64,000 nucleotides of DNA from Methanofastidiosum sp. (GTDB taxonomy: Archaea; Methanobacteriota_B; Thermococci; Methanofastidiosales; Methanofastidiosaceae), in NCBI GenBank assembly GCA_040771805.1, contig JAXGZJ010000001.1:1295961-1359960 (forward strand), in the 5' to 3' direction. The stretch's first letter is position 1. Each line of letters opens with the position of its first letter. Of the stretch, positions 1 to 10,125 are shown in pieces. The notes below the pieces were generated by a model. That model made no database searches and was not told the origin of the DNA. It worked only from the letters and a program-made list of their open reading frames with translations. Both the position numbers and the translations under genes were made by a program.

Positions 1-128
1 TCTAGTTCATAGTATCTAAAGAAGTTAAAAATCTTATTATTTTGCAAAAACGAGTTTTTAGTCGTTTAGGGTAGCTTAATTAAAGTATATAATGCATTCT
101 AGAGGGGTTTTAAAGTTTTAAAGAATAA

Positions 129-489
129 TATAATGATATTATTACCGAAGCTTCGAAAGAAATATGCGAATATATTAACAACTTACCAGAAGACAAAAAA
201 GATATTGTAATAGCGCTAAGAAACATTATTTTATCTAGAGATCCTAGCCTAAACGAATCATTAAAGTGGAAGCAGTCAGTTTATTCAAAGAAAGGAGACA
301 TATGCTACATTTTCCCACAGGTGGCTATATTAATCTAAGATTTTATGGGGCAGTAGAGCTTAAAGATCTTAAAAAATTATTTGAAAAATTGGAAAGAACA
401 TGAAACATATCCAGATAACATCCCTAGAAAGGATTGATTAAGAATATTTTTTGGAATTGGTATCCGATGCCATTTCCAAAGATAACTAA
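129..489 (+). pseudogene. DUF1801/YdhG-like protein pseudogene (two frameshifts plus internal stop)
   Basis: Manual translation across three frames: EASKEICEYINNLPEDKKDIVIALRNIIL...ESLKWKQSVYSKKGDICYI / TGGYINLRFYGAVELKDLKKLFE / IGKNMKHIQITSLERID*EYFLELVSDAISKDN*. This follows the DUF1801 pattern end to end. Confidence 0.75.
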
Positions 490-1349
490 TAATTGCAATA
501 GATTTACATTATTATATTTTATAGTATATTGTTTTGAATAATAATTGCATTAATATTATTGCAAATATTATTCATTATTATATTATATGAAATATAGTTT
601 TATATAATTATTGCATTTATTACCTATTTATTTTTTTAGTTTATCATGAAGGGAAAAGTTTCCTAAACAAGTAAAAAATGGCATCAAAAATGTAGAAAAA
701 TAATTAATAGATCAATTAACGTTGCATCCTTCCAAGTATAGATGGTTTTTACATCTGTTGTTCTTTAGTATCTTTAGGAACCTATCCATTGGTAAAGAAG
801 GTCTAGAGGAAATCTGAACATCGTCTATTTTGGTAATTAAAAATTAGAATTATTAATTAGCGATAATAACTAAATATCATCATAGCTAAACAGTAATTAT
901 ATGAAAAATGTTAAATCATGATTGCAATAAATATTTAATTATATATTCTATATAATATATATTGTTACAAAATATTTTTTACGTTTAAAAACAGAGTGAT
1001 AAGGGAATTTAGTTGAATTATAATAAATTTAATTAATTAAATATAGACCAATTGGAACAATATAGTGTAAAATATATGTACTACATTAAAGAGTATTAAA
1101 AAATATATAAATATAGTTGATTTGTATATTATGGGATTTTTAAAGAGCTTCTAGTGCTTGTCTGAATCTACTTGTTTATCCAGGAAGTCAGTTTATACTG
1201 CAACTATATTATGAATGAAAATATGGTAATTTGGATTTGTATCGCCAATAGCCTTGGAAAAGAAAAAATTAATAATTAAATTATTAAATCTTGATTTATC
1301 CAACAACAAGTAATTTAAAACTAAAATAATTAACACCTATGTGGTCTAA

Positions 1350-2312
1350 ATGATTTCAACAAATAATCTGACAAAAAAATTTGAAAATTTGATAGCAGTC
1401 AATAATCTTAATTTAAACATTAATGAAGGTGAAATATTTGGCCTACTTGGACCAAACGGTGCAGGAAAAACGACTACAATTCTTATGTTAACAACATTAA
1501 AACTCCCAACATCCGGAACCGCCACTATTAACGGATATGACATAGTTAAAGATTCGGATAAAGTAAGAAAATCCATTGGGATAGTATTCCAAGACCCAAG
1601 TTCTGATGAGATATTGACTGGCTATGAAAATTTGAAACTCCATGGATGGCTCTACGATATGCCCGATAAGTTAAGAGAAGATCGAATTAAAGAGGTTCTT
1701 GAACTCGTTGACCTTACTGCTAGAAAAGATGATCTAGTTAAGAAGTACTCAGGAGGTATGAGGAGACGATTAGAGTTAGCAAGAGGGCTTATGCACCATC
1801 CAAAAGTCTTATTTTTGGATGAGCCTACACTAGGCCTAGATCCACAATCACGAGATTATATATGGTCATATATAGAAAAATTAGCAAAGGAAGAGAAAAT
1901 TACTATTGTCCTAACTACCCATTATATGGATGAAGCTGACAAACTTTGTGATAGACTTGCAATAATAGATTACGGTAAGATTATTGTTTTAGGAACGCCA
2001 GAGGAGTTAAAGAAAGAGCTAGGCGGGGATATCATCAAATTAAAAGCGAATAATTTAAATATTGAATCACTAAAAAGACTAAATTATATAAAAAATATTG
2101 CTGTTTCAGATGGTGAAGTATGTTTAACGGTTGAAGACGCCAATAAGCACGTCCAAGATATTTTAAGTATTGTTGGAAAAGTTAAATCCACTGAAATACG
2201 TTCACCCACTCTTGATGATGTATTTATTCATTATACGGGAAGAGGAATGCGAGAAAGCTCCCCGGAAGGCGGGTGGGCTGAAAAGGCTATGCATGCGAGG
2301 ATAAAAAAATGA
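1350..2312 (+). CDS. ABC-2 exporter ATP-binding protein (DrrA-like)
   Basis: Walker A GPNGAGKT, signature YSGGM, Walker B LFLDEPT, TTHYMDEA. Confidence 0.95.
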   Translation: MISTNNLTKKFENLIAVNNLNLNINEGEIFGLLGPNGAGKTTTILMLTTLKLPTSGTATINGYDIVKDSDKVRKSIGIVFQDPSSDEILTGYENLKLHGWLYDMPDKLREDRIKEVLELVDLTARKDDLVKKYSGGMRRRLELARGLMHHPKVLFLDEPTLGLDPQSRDYIWSYIEKLAKEEKITIVLTTHYMDEADKLCDRLAIIDYGKIIVLGTPEELKKELGGDIIKLKANNLNIESLKRLNYIKNIAVSDGEVCLTVEDANKHVQDILSIVGKVKSTEIRSPTLDDVFIHYTGRGMRESSPEGGWAEKAMHARIKK

Positions 2313-3091
2313 GCGAATTAAAAGGGATATATGCGCTTTGGTATAGGGAAATAAAGGTATTCTCAAGAGAACGGTCAAGAATTATCTCCTCAATTGTGAA
2401 TCCGATTCTATGGCTTTTAGTCATAGGTGGGGGACTTGGATCTGCAGTTTCATTCAAGGGAATATTTCAAGAAATTGATTATCAGTCATTTATTTACCCG
2501 GGCATTCTTGTTCAAACAGCCTTGTTTTCATCGGTATTCTTTGGGGTATATATTGTATGGGACAAAAAAATTGACTTTATGAAAGAAGTATTAGTTTCAC
2601 CTTTGAGGCGAACATCTTTATTTATCGGAAAAGTGCTTGGAGGGTCTACAGACACTTTAATTCAAATAGTAATTCTAATTTGTATTGGTTTTGTCTTCAT
2701 ATCAATTGGGATAATGCCTAAACTAACTCTAAATATTATTTCTATTCTTATTTCGCTTATTTTTTTGTTTGTTACAACTACTGCGCTTGTAAGTATTGGA
2801 CTTATTATAGGATCTCAAATGGAGAGCCCTGAAGGATTCCAATTAATCAGTAGTTTTCTTATTTTTCCACTATTTTTTTTATCTGGAGCACTATTCCCAA
2901 TAAGTAATTTACCTCCTTGGCTATCACCATTTATTTTTATTAATCCAATCACTTATGCTGTGGATGGTATAAGGGGGGCCATGATTGGAATATCCCAGTT
3001 CAGCCTTGCTTTTGATTTTTTTGTTATAAGCATGTTTGCATTCATAATGATTCTCTTAGGTACTTATGCATTCAAGAAAATGAAAATATAG
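2309..3091 (+). CDS. ABC-2 exporter permease (DrrB-like)
   Basis: About 6 TM segments, FFLSGALFP and NPITYAVDGIR motifs; ATGA overlap with the ATPase. Confidence 0.93.
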   Translation: MSELKGIYALWYREIKVFSRERSRIISSIVNPILWLLVIGGGLGSAVSFKGIFQEIDYQSFIYPGILVQTALFSSVFFGVYIVWDKKIDFMKEVLVSPLRRTSLFIGKVLGGSTDTLIQIVILICIGFVFISIGIMPKLTLNIISILISLIFLFVTTTALVSIGLIIGSQMESPEGFQLISSFLIFPLFFLSGALFPISNLPPWLSPFIFINPITYAVDGIRGAMIGISQFSLAFDFFVISMFAFIMILLGTYAFKKMKI

Positions 3092-3138
3092 TTTTAAGAA
3101 TCCAAAGTGATATAAGTTAGAGTTTATTGATTTTTAAT

Positions 3139-3762
3139 ATGGTAAATATTCTCCAGAATATTCTCTTAGGAATTTCATTAGCAGCACCAGTTGGACCTGT
3201 TACAATTGAAGCAATTAAAAGAGGGCTTAATAGTGGATTTTCTCCTGCATTTATTTTAAGTCTAGGGGCAGCGTCTGCAGATGCCACTTATCTTATCTTA
3301 ATTTATTTGGGATTATCAAACTTTATCCATATTCCTATAATTAAAGGGTCAATATGGGTGTTTGGAGGCATAGTCTTGATGTATTTGGGAGTTCTAAGTA
3401 TTAAAAAATACTACCAAAAAATTAATTTAAAAGGACCCAGTAATTATTTGAACAGAAACTCATATTTTACTGGTTACATATTAAATATCACAAATCCTAT
3501 GACAATTATTTGGTGGGTAGGTATTTTTGGATCAATACTTGGAACTTCTATACAAAATTATTCTAAAATTGTTGCATTATTACATAGCTTATCCATATTA
3601 TTTGGTGTTATAATTTGGTCTTTTTTACTTTCTGCGTCACTCCATTGGGGGAAAAAAATCATAAATGAAAATAGTTTGAGATATATTTCTTTGATTTCGG
3701 GGATGGTACTTATTGCGTTTGGAGTATATTTTGAATATAATGCGATCACTTCTTTATTGTAA
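3139..3762 (+). CDS. LysE/RhtB family amino-acid exporter
   Basis: GISLAAPVGP, G-x-x-x-ADA and TNPMTIIWW motifs; ATG at 3139 preferred over TTG at 3127. Confidence 0.9.
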   Translation: MVNILQNILLGISLAAPVGPVTIEAIKRGLNSGFSPAFILSLGAASADATYLILIYLGLSNFIHIPIIKGSIWVFGGIVLMYLGVLSIKKYYQKINLKGPSNYLNRNSYFTGYILNITNPMTIIWWVGIFGSILGTSIQNYSKIVALLHSLSILFGVIIWSFLLSASLHWGKKIINENSLRYISLISGMVLIAFGVYFEYNAITSLL

Positions 3763-3832
3763 AATCATATTTTACGGTACATTTAATAAAAATGATTAAA
3801 ATACGGGCTTCATATTTTTTTATGCCAGCCCA

Positions 3833-4447
3833 TTATTTTTTCAATAATATCCAAAATCCAAAATCTTCGTTTATTATCTCATAAATCGGAATTTTTGCTT
3901 CTTTAAGTATTCTTTCCATCTTAGAAGCATCGTCATTTTCGAGCCTCTTCTTACGATTCTCATCCCACATCGGATCTATTTCTTCCATTTTTTTCTTCAC
4001 TTCTTCAAATAATTCAGCTGTTCCAAAACCGCATCCTATATAAGCCATTCCATTTGGTTTTAGGACGCGATATATTTCTTTAAACACTTTTGTTTGATCA
4101 TTCCAGAAAAACATAGATCCACGGCTAACGATTAAATCAGCAAAATTATCTTCAAATGGCATAGACTCCGCATCATTTAGCATTGGCTTAATCCTATTTG
4201 ACAGGCCCTCAGTTTCTATTTTATCTTTTAGGAGTTCAATTGCTTTAGTCGATATGTCCAATGCATAAATATTAAGATCAGTTATTTTTGCAAGCATAAG
4301 GGATAGTGGTCCTGAGCCACATCCAACATCTATACAGTTTCCACTTGTTATCTGACATTTATTAATTATTTGTTTTGCAATTACTGGGTATATTGGAGCA
4401 AATGCACCTTTCACAATTTTTTCAAAATCGTCTTCAAATCCTGCCAT
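3833..4447 (-). CDS. class I SAM-dependent methyltransferase
   Basis: IDVGCGSG motif I, DAESMPFED, EIYRVLKPNG. Confidence 0.9.
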   Translation of the reverse strand: MAGFEDDFEKIVKGAFAPIYPVIAKQIINKCQITSGNCIDVGCGSGPLSLMLAKITDLNIYALDISTKAIELLKDKIETEGLSNRIKPMLNDAESMPFEDNFADLIVSRGSMFFWNDQTKVFKEIYRVLKPNGMAYIGCGFGTAELFEEVKKKMEEIDPMWDENRKKRLENDDASKMERILKEAKIPIYEIINEDFGFWILLKK

Positions 4448-4670
4448 AATAATCCTCTTGAATAGTATATTGTTTTACCATATGCTCATTTATTCATAAC
4501 GAAATAATTTATAATGTTATTGGTATGATGGAGATTATTATATTATCTGCTTATTTGATAATTTTCTAAATTCATCTGCTTAATTTGTCTATTTTACTTA
4601 AAATAAATAAATTAAGTTGGATATTTAAATTGAAAATTTAAGAAAATAATATAAAAAAATAACTAGAAAA

Positions 4671-4976
4671 TCAGCAATCCCAATCAAATACTCCGGATTC
4701 TGGGCCTGTTCTTTTATTTGTAAAATAATTCCACTGTAGTCTAACTTCATTTTTTATTTCGTATTCCTTCAGTTTGTCAATAAGATCTAAGTACCCTCTG
4801 GCATCAAGTGTAGTTATTCTAAAATTTGTACTTGAATCATACATTCCATAGGCAATTACCGGACCATTTCTACATAATTCACGTATATACACCTGTTTTA
4901 AAGGCGCCGCACTTGCAAAACCTACTGTTCCAAATAGAAACATCAACCCTAAGATTCCTACTAAAATCTTTCTCAT
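4671..4976 (-). CDS. secreted hypothetical protein
   Basis: GGAGG SD; signal peptide MRKILVGILGLMFLFGTVGFASA-A; no family recognised. Confidence 0.75.
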   Translation of the reverse strand: MRKILVGILGLMFLFGTVGFASAAPLKQVYIRELCRNGPVIAYGMYDSSTNFRITTLDARGYLDLIDKLKEYEIKNEVRLQWNYFTNKRTGPESGVFDWDC

Positions 4977-5163
4977 ATTAATCCTCCAATTAAATCCAAT
5001 TATATTTTATCGTTTACATTTATAAATGTATAGATATAAAATAGATGTTGTTTAGATTTTTTAGAAATAGATTATTTGATTGAGCACAATAGCTACAAAA
5101 TATTTTGAAGTTAATCGTAATGTTTAAAAGATATCTGAGGATAAGGGTGGTAGAGGTGGGCAT

Positions 5164-5595
5164 ATGGATATAAAAAAAAGAGCAGGACTATTTGTTGTCT
5201 TTGGAATATTGATTTCCAGTTTAAGTCTTGGATGTATTGATAGCGGAAAAAATCTTGAAGGCACTTCTTGGAATTTAGAATCATACCTTAATAATGAAGG
5301 AAATCTTACAAATCTAATACCAGATACTAAATCAACTATTGCCTTCGATAAAGAAAAGATATCAGGAAATTCTGGTTGTAATGGCTTTTTCTCTATCTAC
5401 GAAGTTAAAGGTAGTTCAATCAAATTAGGAGCAATTGGCAGCACTTTAATGTATTGTGCAACACCAGGGGTCATGGAGCAAGAACAAACAATACTTATGA
5501 GGCTCGACACAATAAAATCCTATAAAATTGAGGGCAATAAATTAAGCTTTATAGATGAAAATAATAAAGTAGTATTGGTATACTCAAAAACTTAA
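5164..5595 (+). CDS. META (HslJ-like) domain lipoprotein
   Basis: Lipobox SLGC; LEGTSW, SGNSGCN, GSTLMYC, VMEQE. Confidence 0.9.
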   Translation: MDIKKRAGLFVVFGILISSLSLGCIDSGKNLEGTSWNLESYLNNEGNLTNLIPDTKSTIAFDKEKISGNSGCNGFFSIYEVKGSSIKLGAIGSTLMYCATPGVMEQEQTILMRLDTIKSYKIEGNKLSFIDENNKVVLVYSKT

Positions 5596-5603
5596 CTAAA
5601 TTC

Positions 5604-5632
5604 AAGGTTAATTCTCTTTTAGAGATGACCTT
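5604..5632. terminator. hairpin between convergent genes (possible terminator)
   Basis: AAGGTTA..TCTCT-ttt-AGAGA-TGACCTT imperfect stem followed by T-rich sequence. Confidence 0.3.
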
Positions 5633-5698
5633 TAAAATTTCTTTTATTTATTTTATTAATTGAATTAGTATAAAAAAAATGAAAATTGTTAAACTTAA

Positions 5699-6142
5699 TC
5701 AGAAGACTCTATATGTGAATTTGTACCCATTTTGTCGTGATTTTGATTCAAACTCTTTTCTTATAGCCCTAAACTCAAAATTGTATTGATATTTTTTATC
5801 AAAAAGTCTTGATTGTTCTTCTATGTTCCCTGTTCTTGAACCTGACATAGTATTGTAGGATTCTTTTTTAAATCCGAATCCAGGACTAATATCGTTATCA
5901 ATTCTACCAGAAGACATACCGGCACCAGATTCTTTTAACATCTCTGTAAAAATAATTTCTTTATTTATATCATCAACTTTAAACTTTGCCGAGTAAACTA
6001 GTTTTTGTTTTGAAAGAAAAGCCTTTCTTTCAGCTACTATTACTTCAAATTTGTAAATACCATTCTTTTCGCTAATTTTGGCAGGAATTTTTGATACAAT
6101 ACTTCGAAGTTCATTAGCAATTGGCATAATCTTCTTTTCCAA
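5699..6142 (-). CDS. hypothetical protein
   Basis: 147-aa ORF with TTG start after an AAGGGA SD-like motif; natural composition. Confidence 0.7.
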   Translation of the reverse strand: MEKKIMPIANELRSIVSKIPAKISEKNGIYKFEVIVAERKAFLSKQKLVYSAKFKVDDINKEIIFTEMLKESGAGMSSGRIDNDISPGFGFKKESYNTMSGSRTGNIEEQSRLFDKKYQYNFEFRAIRKEFESKSRQNGYKFTYRVF

Positions 6143-6269
6143 TCCCTTCTAGTTACTATTGGTAACATATATGTAAAATGTTAGGACATATATAACAATT
6201 TGCTTAGATTAATTAAAATCTTCAATATTTTTATAAACTATACTGGGATTATTTCACAGGGGATGTCAA

Positions 6270-6626
6270 ATGGAGTTTATTGATGAAAAGGATGAATATA
6301 GTAAATGGGAATTAGATACACAAGCTTATGTTGAAACTTATACTAAAAAAATAGTTTTAACTGGTAAAGATAAAATAGAGTATATTTATAGACTTTCATT
6401 GATATCGGATGAAAACTCTTGTAAAAGGTGTGGCGGTATTAGATTTAGTTACCTTGTTGAAGTTTGGGATGATCTAAGTGGCTGGATTCCCTTACCTGAA
6501 TATGACGGTAACTATTACTGTTCAAATCATTCATGTGATGAAGATGGATTAAAACCTGTGGAATTTGAAAAACTATTCAGATCGATTCAAAAAAAGGCTC
6601 AAAGAATTGATTTAGATAAAATATAA
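6270..6626 (+). CDS. hypothetical protein with putative Zn-binding Cys motifs
   Basis: GGGGA SD; CKRC ... CSNHSC. Confidence 0.7.
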   Translation: MEFIDEKDEYSKWELDTQAYVETYTKKIVLTGKDKIEYIYRLSLISDENSCKRCGGIRFSYLVEVWDDLSGWIPLPEYDGNYYCSNHSCDEDGLKPVEFEKLFRSIQKKAQRIDLDKI

Positions 6627-6878
6627 TAATTTCGCTATATTTTAGAATTCCTCTTTTCTAAATATTTTATTGCTATACCCACTCCAAAACTATCTAGTGA
6701 TAATTCTAAGATCTCAAAGTCTTATTTTTAATTCTAACATGTATACCTATTGTAGATAGTTATTACATTAATCTTAAAAGGTAATCACGCTTATCGCAAA
6801 CATTACTAATGGGTAATTATGATTAATAATTTTTTATTATATCATAAGTACCTATTGAGTTAATTGGAGGTTATATAA

Positions 6879-8150
6879 ATGAATGAAAAAACATCTTCAG
6901 GAGAACCATTTGGTAATCGGTGGACAATTGTAATTGTGGGCATAATGTTGCATCTTTGTTTTGGATCTATTTATGCATATGGAGTTCTTAGGAATCCGTT
7001 ACTTGACCACTTTAAATCTTTAGGACTAAATCCCTCTGCTATGGATATGACGTGGCCATTTATAGTATTTTTGACTTTTTTTGCATTATTCATGCCTTTA
7101 GCTGGACCATATATTAAGACAATGGGACCTAAGAAAGTATGTATGATTGGTGGAGTTCTTTGCGGAATAGGGTGGCTTGCAGCCTCATTTGCATCTTCAC
7201 CTCTAATGCTTATCCCACTGTATGGAATTATTGGTGGTATAGGTGTCGGAATTGCATATGGAGCACCTATAACAACCTCTGCCCAATGGTTCCCAGACAA
7301 ACGCGGACTTGCCGTGGGATTGACGGTATTGGGATTTGGATTCTCTTCTGCCATCATAACTTATATGACAAGATTTCTTTTAGGAAATGGATGGGGAATA
7401 ATGAACATTCTCCGGATGTTTGGCATAGTATTCATTGTATTAAGTATAGTACTATCTATGATGCTTAGATTACCTTCAAGTGGGTGGAAACCTTCACGTA
7501 TGACGACTACCATTTCAAGTGATCCTGTTAAGATTGATTTTATGAGAGAACAGATGATTGGCACTTCAGCTTTTAAAGGATTATGGATTTGCTATACAAT
7601 AGGGGCATTAGCTGGCTTAACCGCCATTGGAATCGCTGGCCCCGTCGGGAAAGAGGTATTTATCAACGCAGGTATGAGTAACGATGCAGCAAACAATCTT
7701 ATATTTGCTTTAATACTGCCTTTTGCCATATTTAATGGATTAGGTAGACCAATTTTTGGCGTTCTTACAGATAAACTTTCACCAAAGAGAACAGCCATAA
7801 TAACTTACGTTTTAATAATTCTAGCTTGTTTGACAATCTACATTGGATATAGCAGTATATTGGCATACATCATAAGTTTTTGCATTCTTTGGGGATGTTT
7901 AGGGGGGTGGTTAGCAATTGCCCCTACTGCAACTGCAAGCTATTTTGGAATGAGAGACAATGCCAGAAACTATGGTGTAGTATATACTGCATATGGGGCC
8001 GGTGCAATCATTGGTGGCATCGTTTCTGCGCAGGCAAAAGATATACTAGGAGCTTTCCAGCCCTTTTTCTTAATCGTGGCCGGATTAGCAGTTTTAGGTA
8101 TTATCCTTGCCTTGGGATTATTAAAGCCACCGACTATGAAATCAAAATAA
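6879..8150 (+). CDS. MFS transporter, oxalate:formate antiporter (OFA) family
   Basis: About 12 TM; GSIYAY, WFPDKRGLAVG, FNGLGRPIFG, YFGxxxxxxNYG. Confidence 0.9.
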   Translation: MNEKTSSGEPFGNRWTIVIVGIMLHLCFGSIYAYGVLRNPLLDHFKSLGLNPSAMDMTWPFIVFLTFFALFMPLAGPYIKTMGPKKVCMIGGVLCGIGWLAASFASSPLMLIPLYGIIGGIGVGIAYGAPITTSAQWFPDKRGLAVGLTVLGFGFSSAIITYMTRFLLGNGWGIMNILRMFGIVFIVLSIVLSMMLRLPSSGWKPSRMTTTISSDPVKIDFMREQMIGTSAFKGLWICYTIGALAGLTAIGIAGPVGKEVFINAGMSNDAANNLIFALILPFAIFNGLGRPIFGVLTDKLSPKRTAIITYVLIILACLTIYIGYSSILAYIISFCILWGCLGGWLAIAPTATASYFGMRDNARNYGVVYTAYGAGAIIGGIVSAQAKDILGAFQPFFLIVAGLAVLGIILALGLLKPPTMKSK

Positions 8151-8234
8151 ATTTATTTTTTCCTTTTTTTAGTTTTTACTTTGAAAAAATAGGGGTTAAA
8201 TTACCCTCTTAGCTTATTAAATGATTCTTGGATA

Positions 8235-8627
8235 TTATAAAGGTAGTCCTGCTTTTTCGTCTGATGTTGAGTAAAAAATATCGGTCACTCTGATTAATAA
8301 AGCTCCTTTTGCTGGGAATCTATCTCCTCTAGTCTTCATCCACTTTTTAGCTTCTTCATATATTGGCCCACTTGTTAGATATTCACATTTCCCTTTAATT
8401 TGATATGCTTCTTTGTCTCTTATAACTACAATTGCAACTCTTGGATTTTCAAGAATATTCTTTAATGTTTTTTTCATGAAGTTGTCAACAATAATTATTG
8501 TTTCATCATCCAATGTGTATTTTGCACCCACATAAGAGCAATTTGGCTCTCCGTCTTTTGATGCTGTTGCGAGTTGGTGCATTCTTTCTTTATCAATAAT
8601 ATCTCTAATATTTGCAGGAATTTTCAT
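8235..8627 (-). CDS. pyridoxamine 5'-phosphate oxidase-like flavin-binding protein
   Basis: LATASKDGEPN, DNFMKKTLKNILENP, YQIKG. Confidence 0.88.
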   Translation of the reverse strand: MKIPANIRDIIDKERMHQLATASKDGEPNCSYVGAKYTLDDETIIIVDNFMKKTLKNILENPRVAIVVIRDKEAYQIKGKCEYLTSGPIYEEAKKWMKTRGDRFPAKGALLIRVTDIFYSTSDEKAGLPL

Positions 8628-8823
8628 AATACCACGAAATTCTTAAATAAATCTCATATATAAATACTTCTAAAATGCCCGAACTACCATATTGGCAATA
8701 AATATGGTAAAAATATTCTTTAACTTAATCCATAGGCAGCCTTATGATTACTACTAATTCGATGAAGGATTTTTAGAAAGATAAATCTTCTAACTACAAA
8801 TCATCTTAAGGACAAATATACTA

Positions 8824-9210
8824 TTATCTACTTAATAGTACCAAGAAAAGCCCAATTCCGAAAATCAAGAAAATCATACTAGCAATCAAAAGATTTTTCA
8901 TCATTTTTAATTGACCCATAGTTTTAGGTTTACTTAATCCACCAAAAGATATGGCCATCGATAATCCAATTCCTATTCCTGCAGGTATGCCTAAAATATA
9001 ATTTTTAAATACAACATGCCCATATGCTGCACCAAGTATTGTTCCAACAGCAAGCCAAAGTTTCATTAGGTTAGTAAATTCTACTCTTTCTGGAGATAAG
9101 GCTTCCTTATCTTCTTTTATCGAGATTTTCAATAAAGAGAACAAAATATATACTCCCATTACTATAACTATTGCACCAATTATTAATGATATATTAGATA
9201 TACTTGCCAT
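8824..9210 (-). CDS. membrane protein
   Basis: 4 hydrophobic segments with Gly-rich GIPAGIGIG. Confidence 0.7.
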   Translation of the reverse strand: MASISNISLIIGAIVIVMGVYILFSLLKISIKEDKEALSPERVEFTNLMKLWLAVGTILGAAYGHVVFKNYILGIPAGIGIGLSMAISFGGLSKPKTMGQLKMMKNLLIASMIFLIFGIGLFLVLLSR

Positions 9211-9310
9211 AGTACGATTTAGACATAGTTTTTTAAAAGAGTATTGCTAAATCTAAGAAAAATTAAGCCTACATGAAAAACTATATAAATACAATAAAAT
9301 AAGATTAAGC

Positions 9311-9922
9311 ATGGATAATAGTAGAATTATTAGTTTAATTGGAGGTATTGTCTTAATTGTTTCTGCCTTTTTACCATTTTATTATTTTATAGATGGCATA
9401 TATTCGCTTTTTCAAATTACACTAGCAGTTCTTACAAATTTTACCAATAACTCAGTAATGCAGAATTTTCTATTGCAAGTGAATCCTTCTTATGGTATGG
9501 CTGCCATGATTTTAGCTTTGATAGTAGCGGGTTTCATGTTACTTTCTATTGGAGGGCTAATTGCCATTTTTAGGAAAGCAGGTGGATCTATCGCTGGACC
9601 AGCAGGAATGATTGTTCTTACAATAGCAGGTTTTCTTTATTTCAAAAATTTATCTATCGGATTATTATCCATAGGATTCTATACAGGATGGCTTGGAGCA
9701 ATTATGTGCATTATAGGCGGAGTTATTTCTCCGAACAAAGATAAAACTAAAATTAATGTATCAGTTAGTCAACAACAAAATGTAACAACTGGTAACTCCC
9801 CATATACGATTACCTCTCCTGAAAATATACAACAAAACAAAGATGCAAAATTTTGTAATAAATGTGGGCATCAAAATAAGAGCGATACTTCTTTTTGCGC
9901 TAACTGTGGAAATAAACTCTAA
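9311..9922 (+). CDS. membrane protein with C-terminal zinc ribbon
   Basis: About 4 TM followed by FCNKCG...FCANCG. Confidence 0.8.
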   Translation: MDNSRIISLIGGIVLIVSAFLPFYYFIDGIYSLFQITLAVLTNFTNNSVMQNFLLQVNPSYGMAAMILALIVAGFMLLSIGGLIAIFRKAGGSIAGPAGMIVLTIAGFLYFKNLSIGLLSIGFYTGWLGAIMCIIGGVISPNKDKTKINVSVSQQQNVTTGNSPYTITSPENIQQNKDAKFCNKCGHQNKSDTSFCANCGNKL

Positions 9923-10125
9923 CTTTAATTTTTTTATATCGATTTAGAAAGATTAAAAATAATTTATGCTTATCCTATAGATAAGCAGTATAAAGCTCTA
10001 CCCTTATTATTTTACGAATTTCGTTAAATATTAATGAATAATAGTAATCAAGGGAAACATTTATTAGTAATTAAAATTACTTTTTAACATACTTCCCCGT
10101 GGAAGTACGATAATGGAGGTATTAA

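Noticed and set aside
4520..4590. Fluoride-riboswitch-like or C/D-box-like text and ATCTGCTTA direct repeat
   Set aside because: Consensus pairing is poor, there is no CTGA D box, there is no downstream plus-strand gene, and two copies in AT-rich DNA may be chance.
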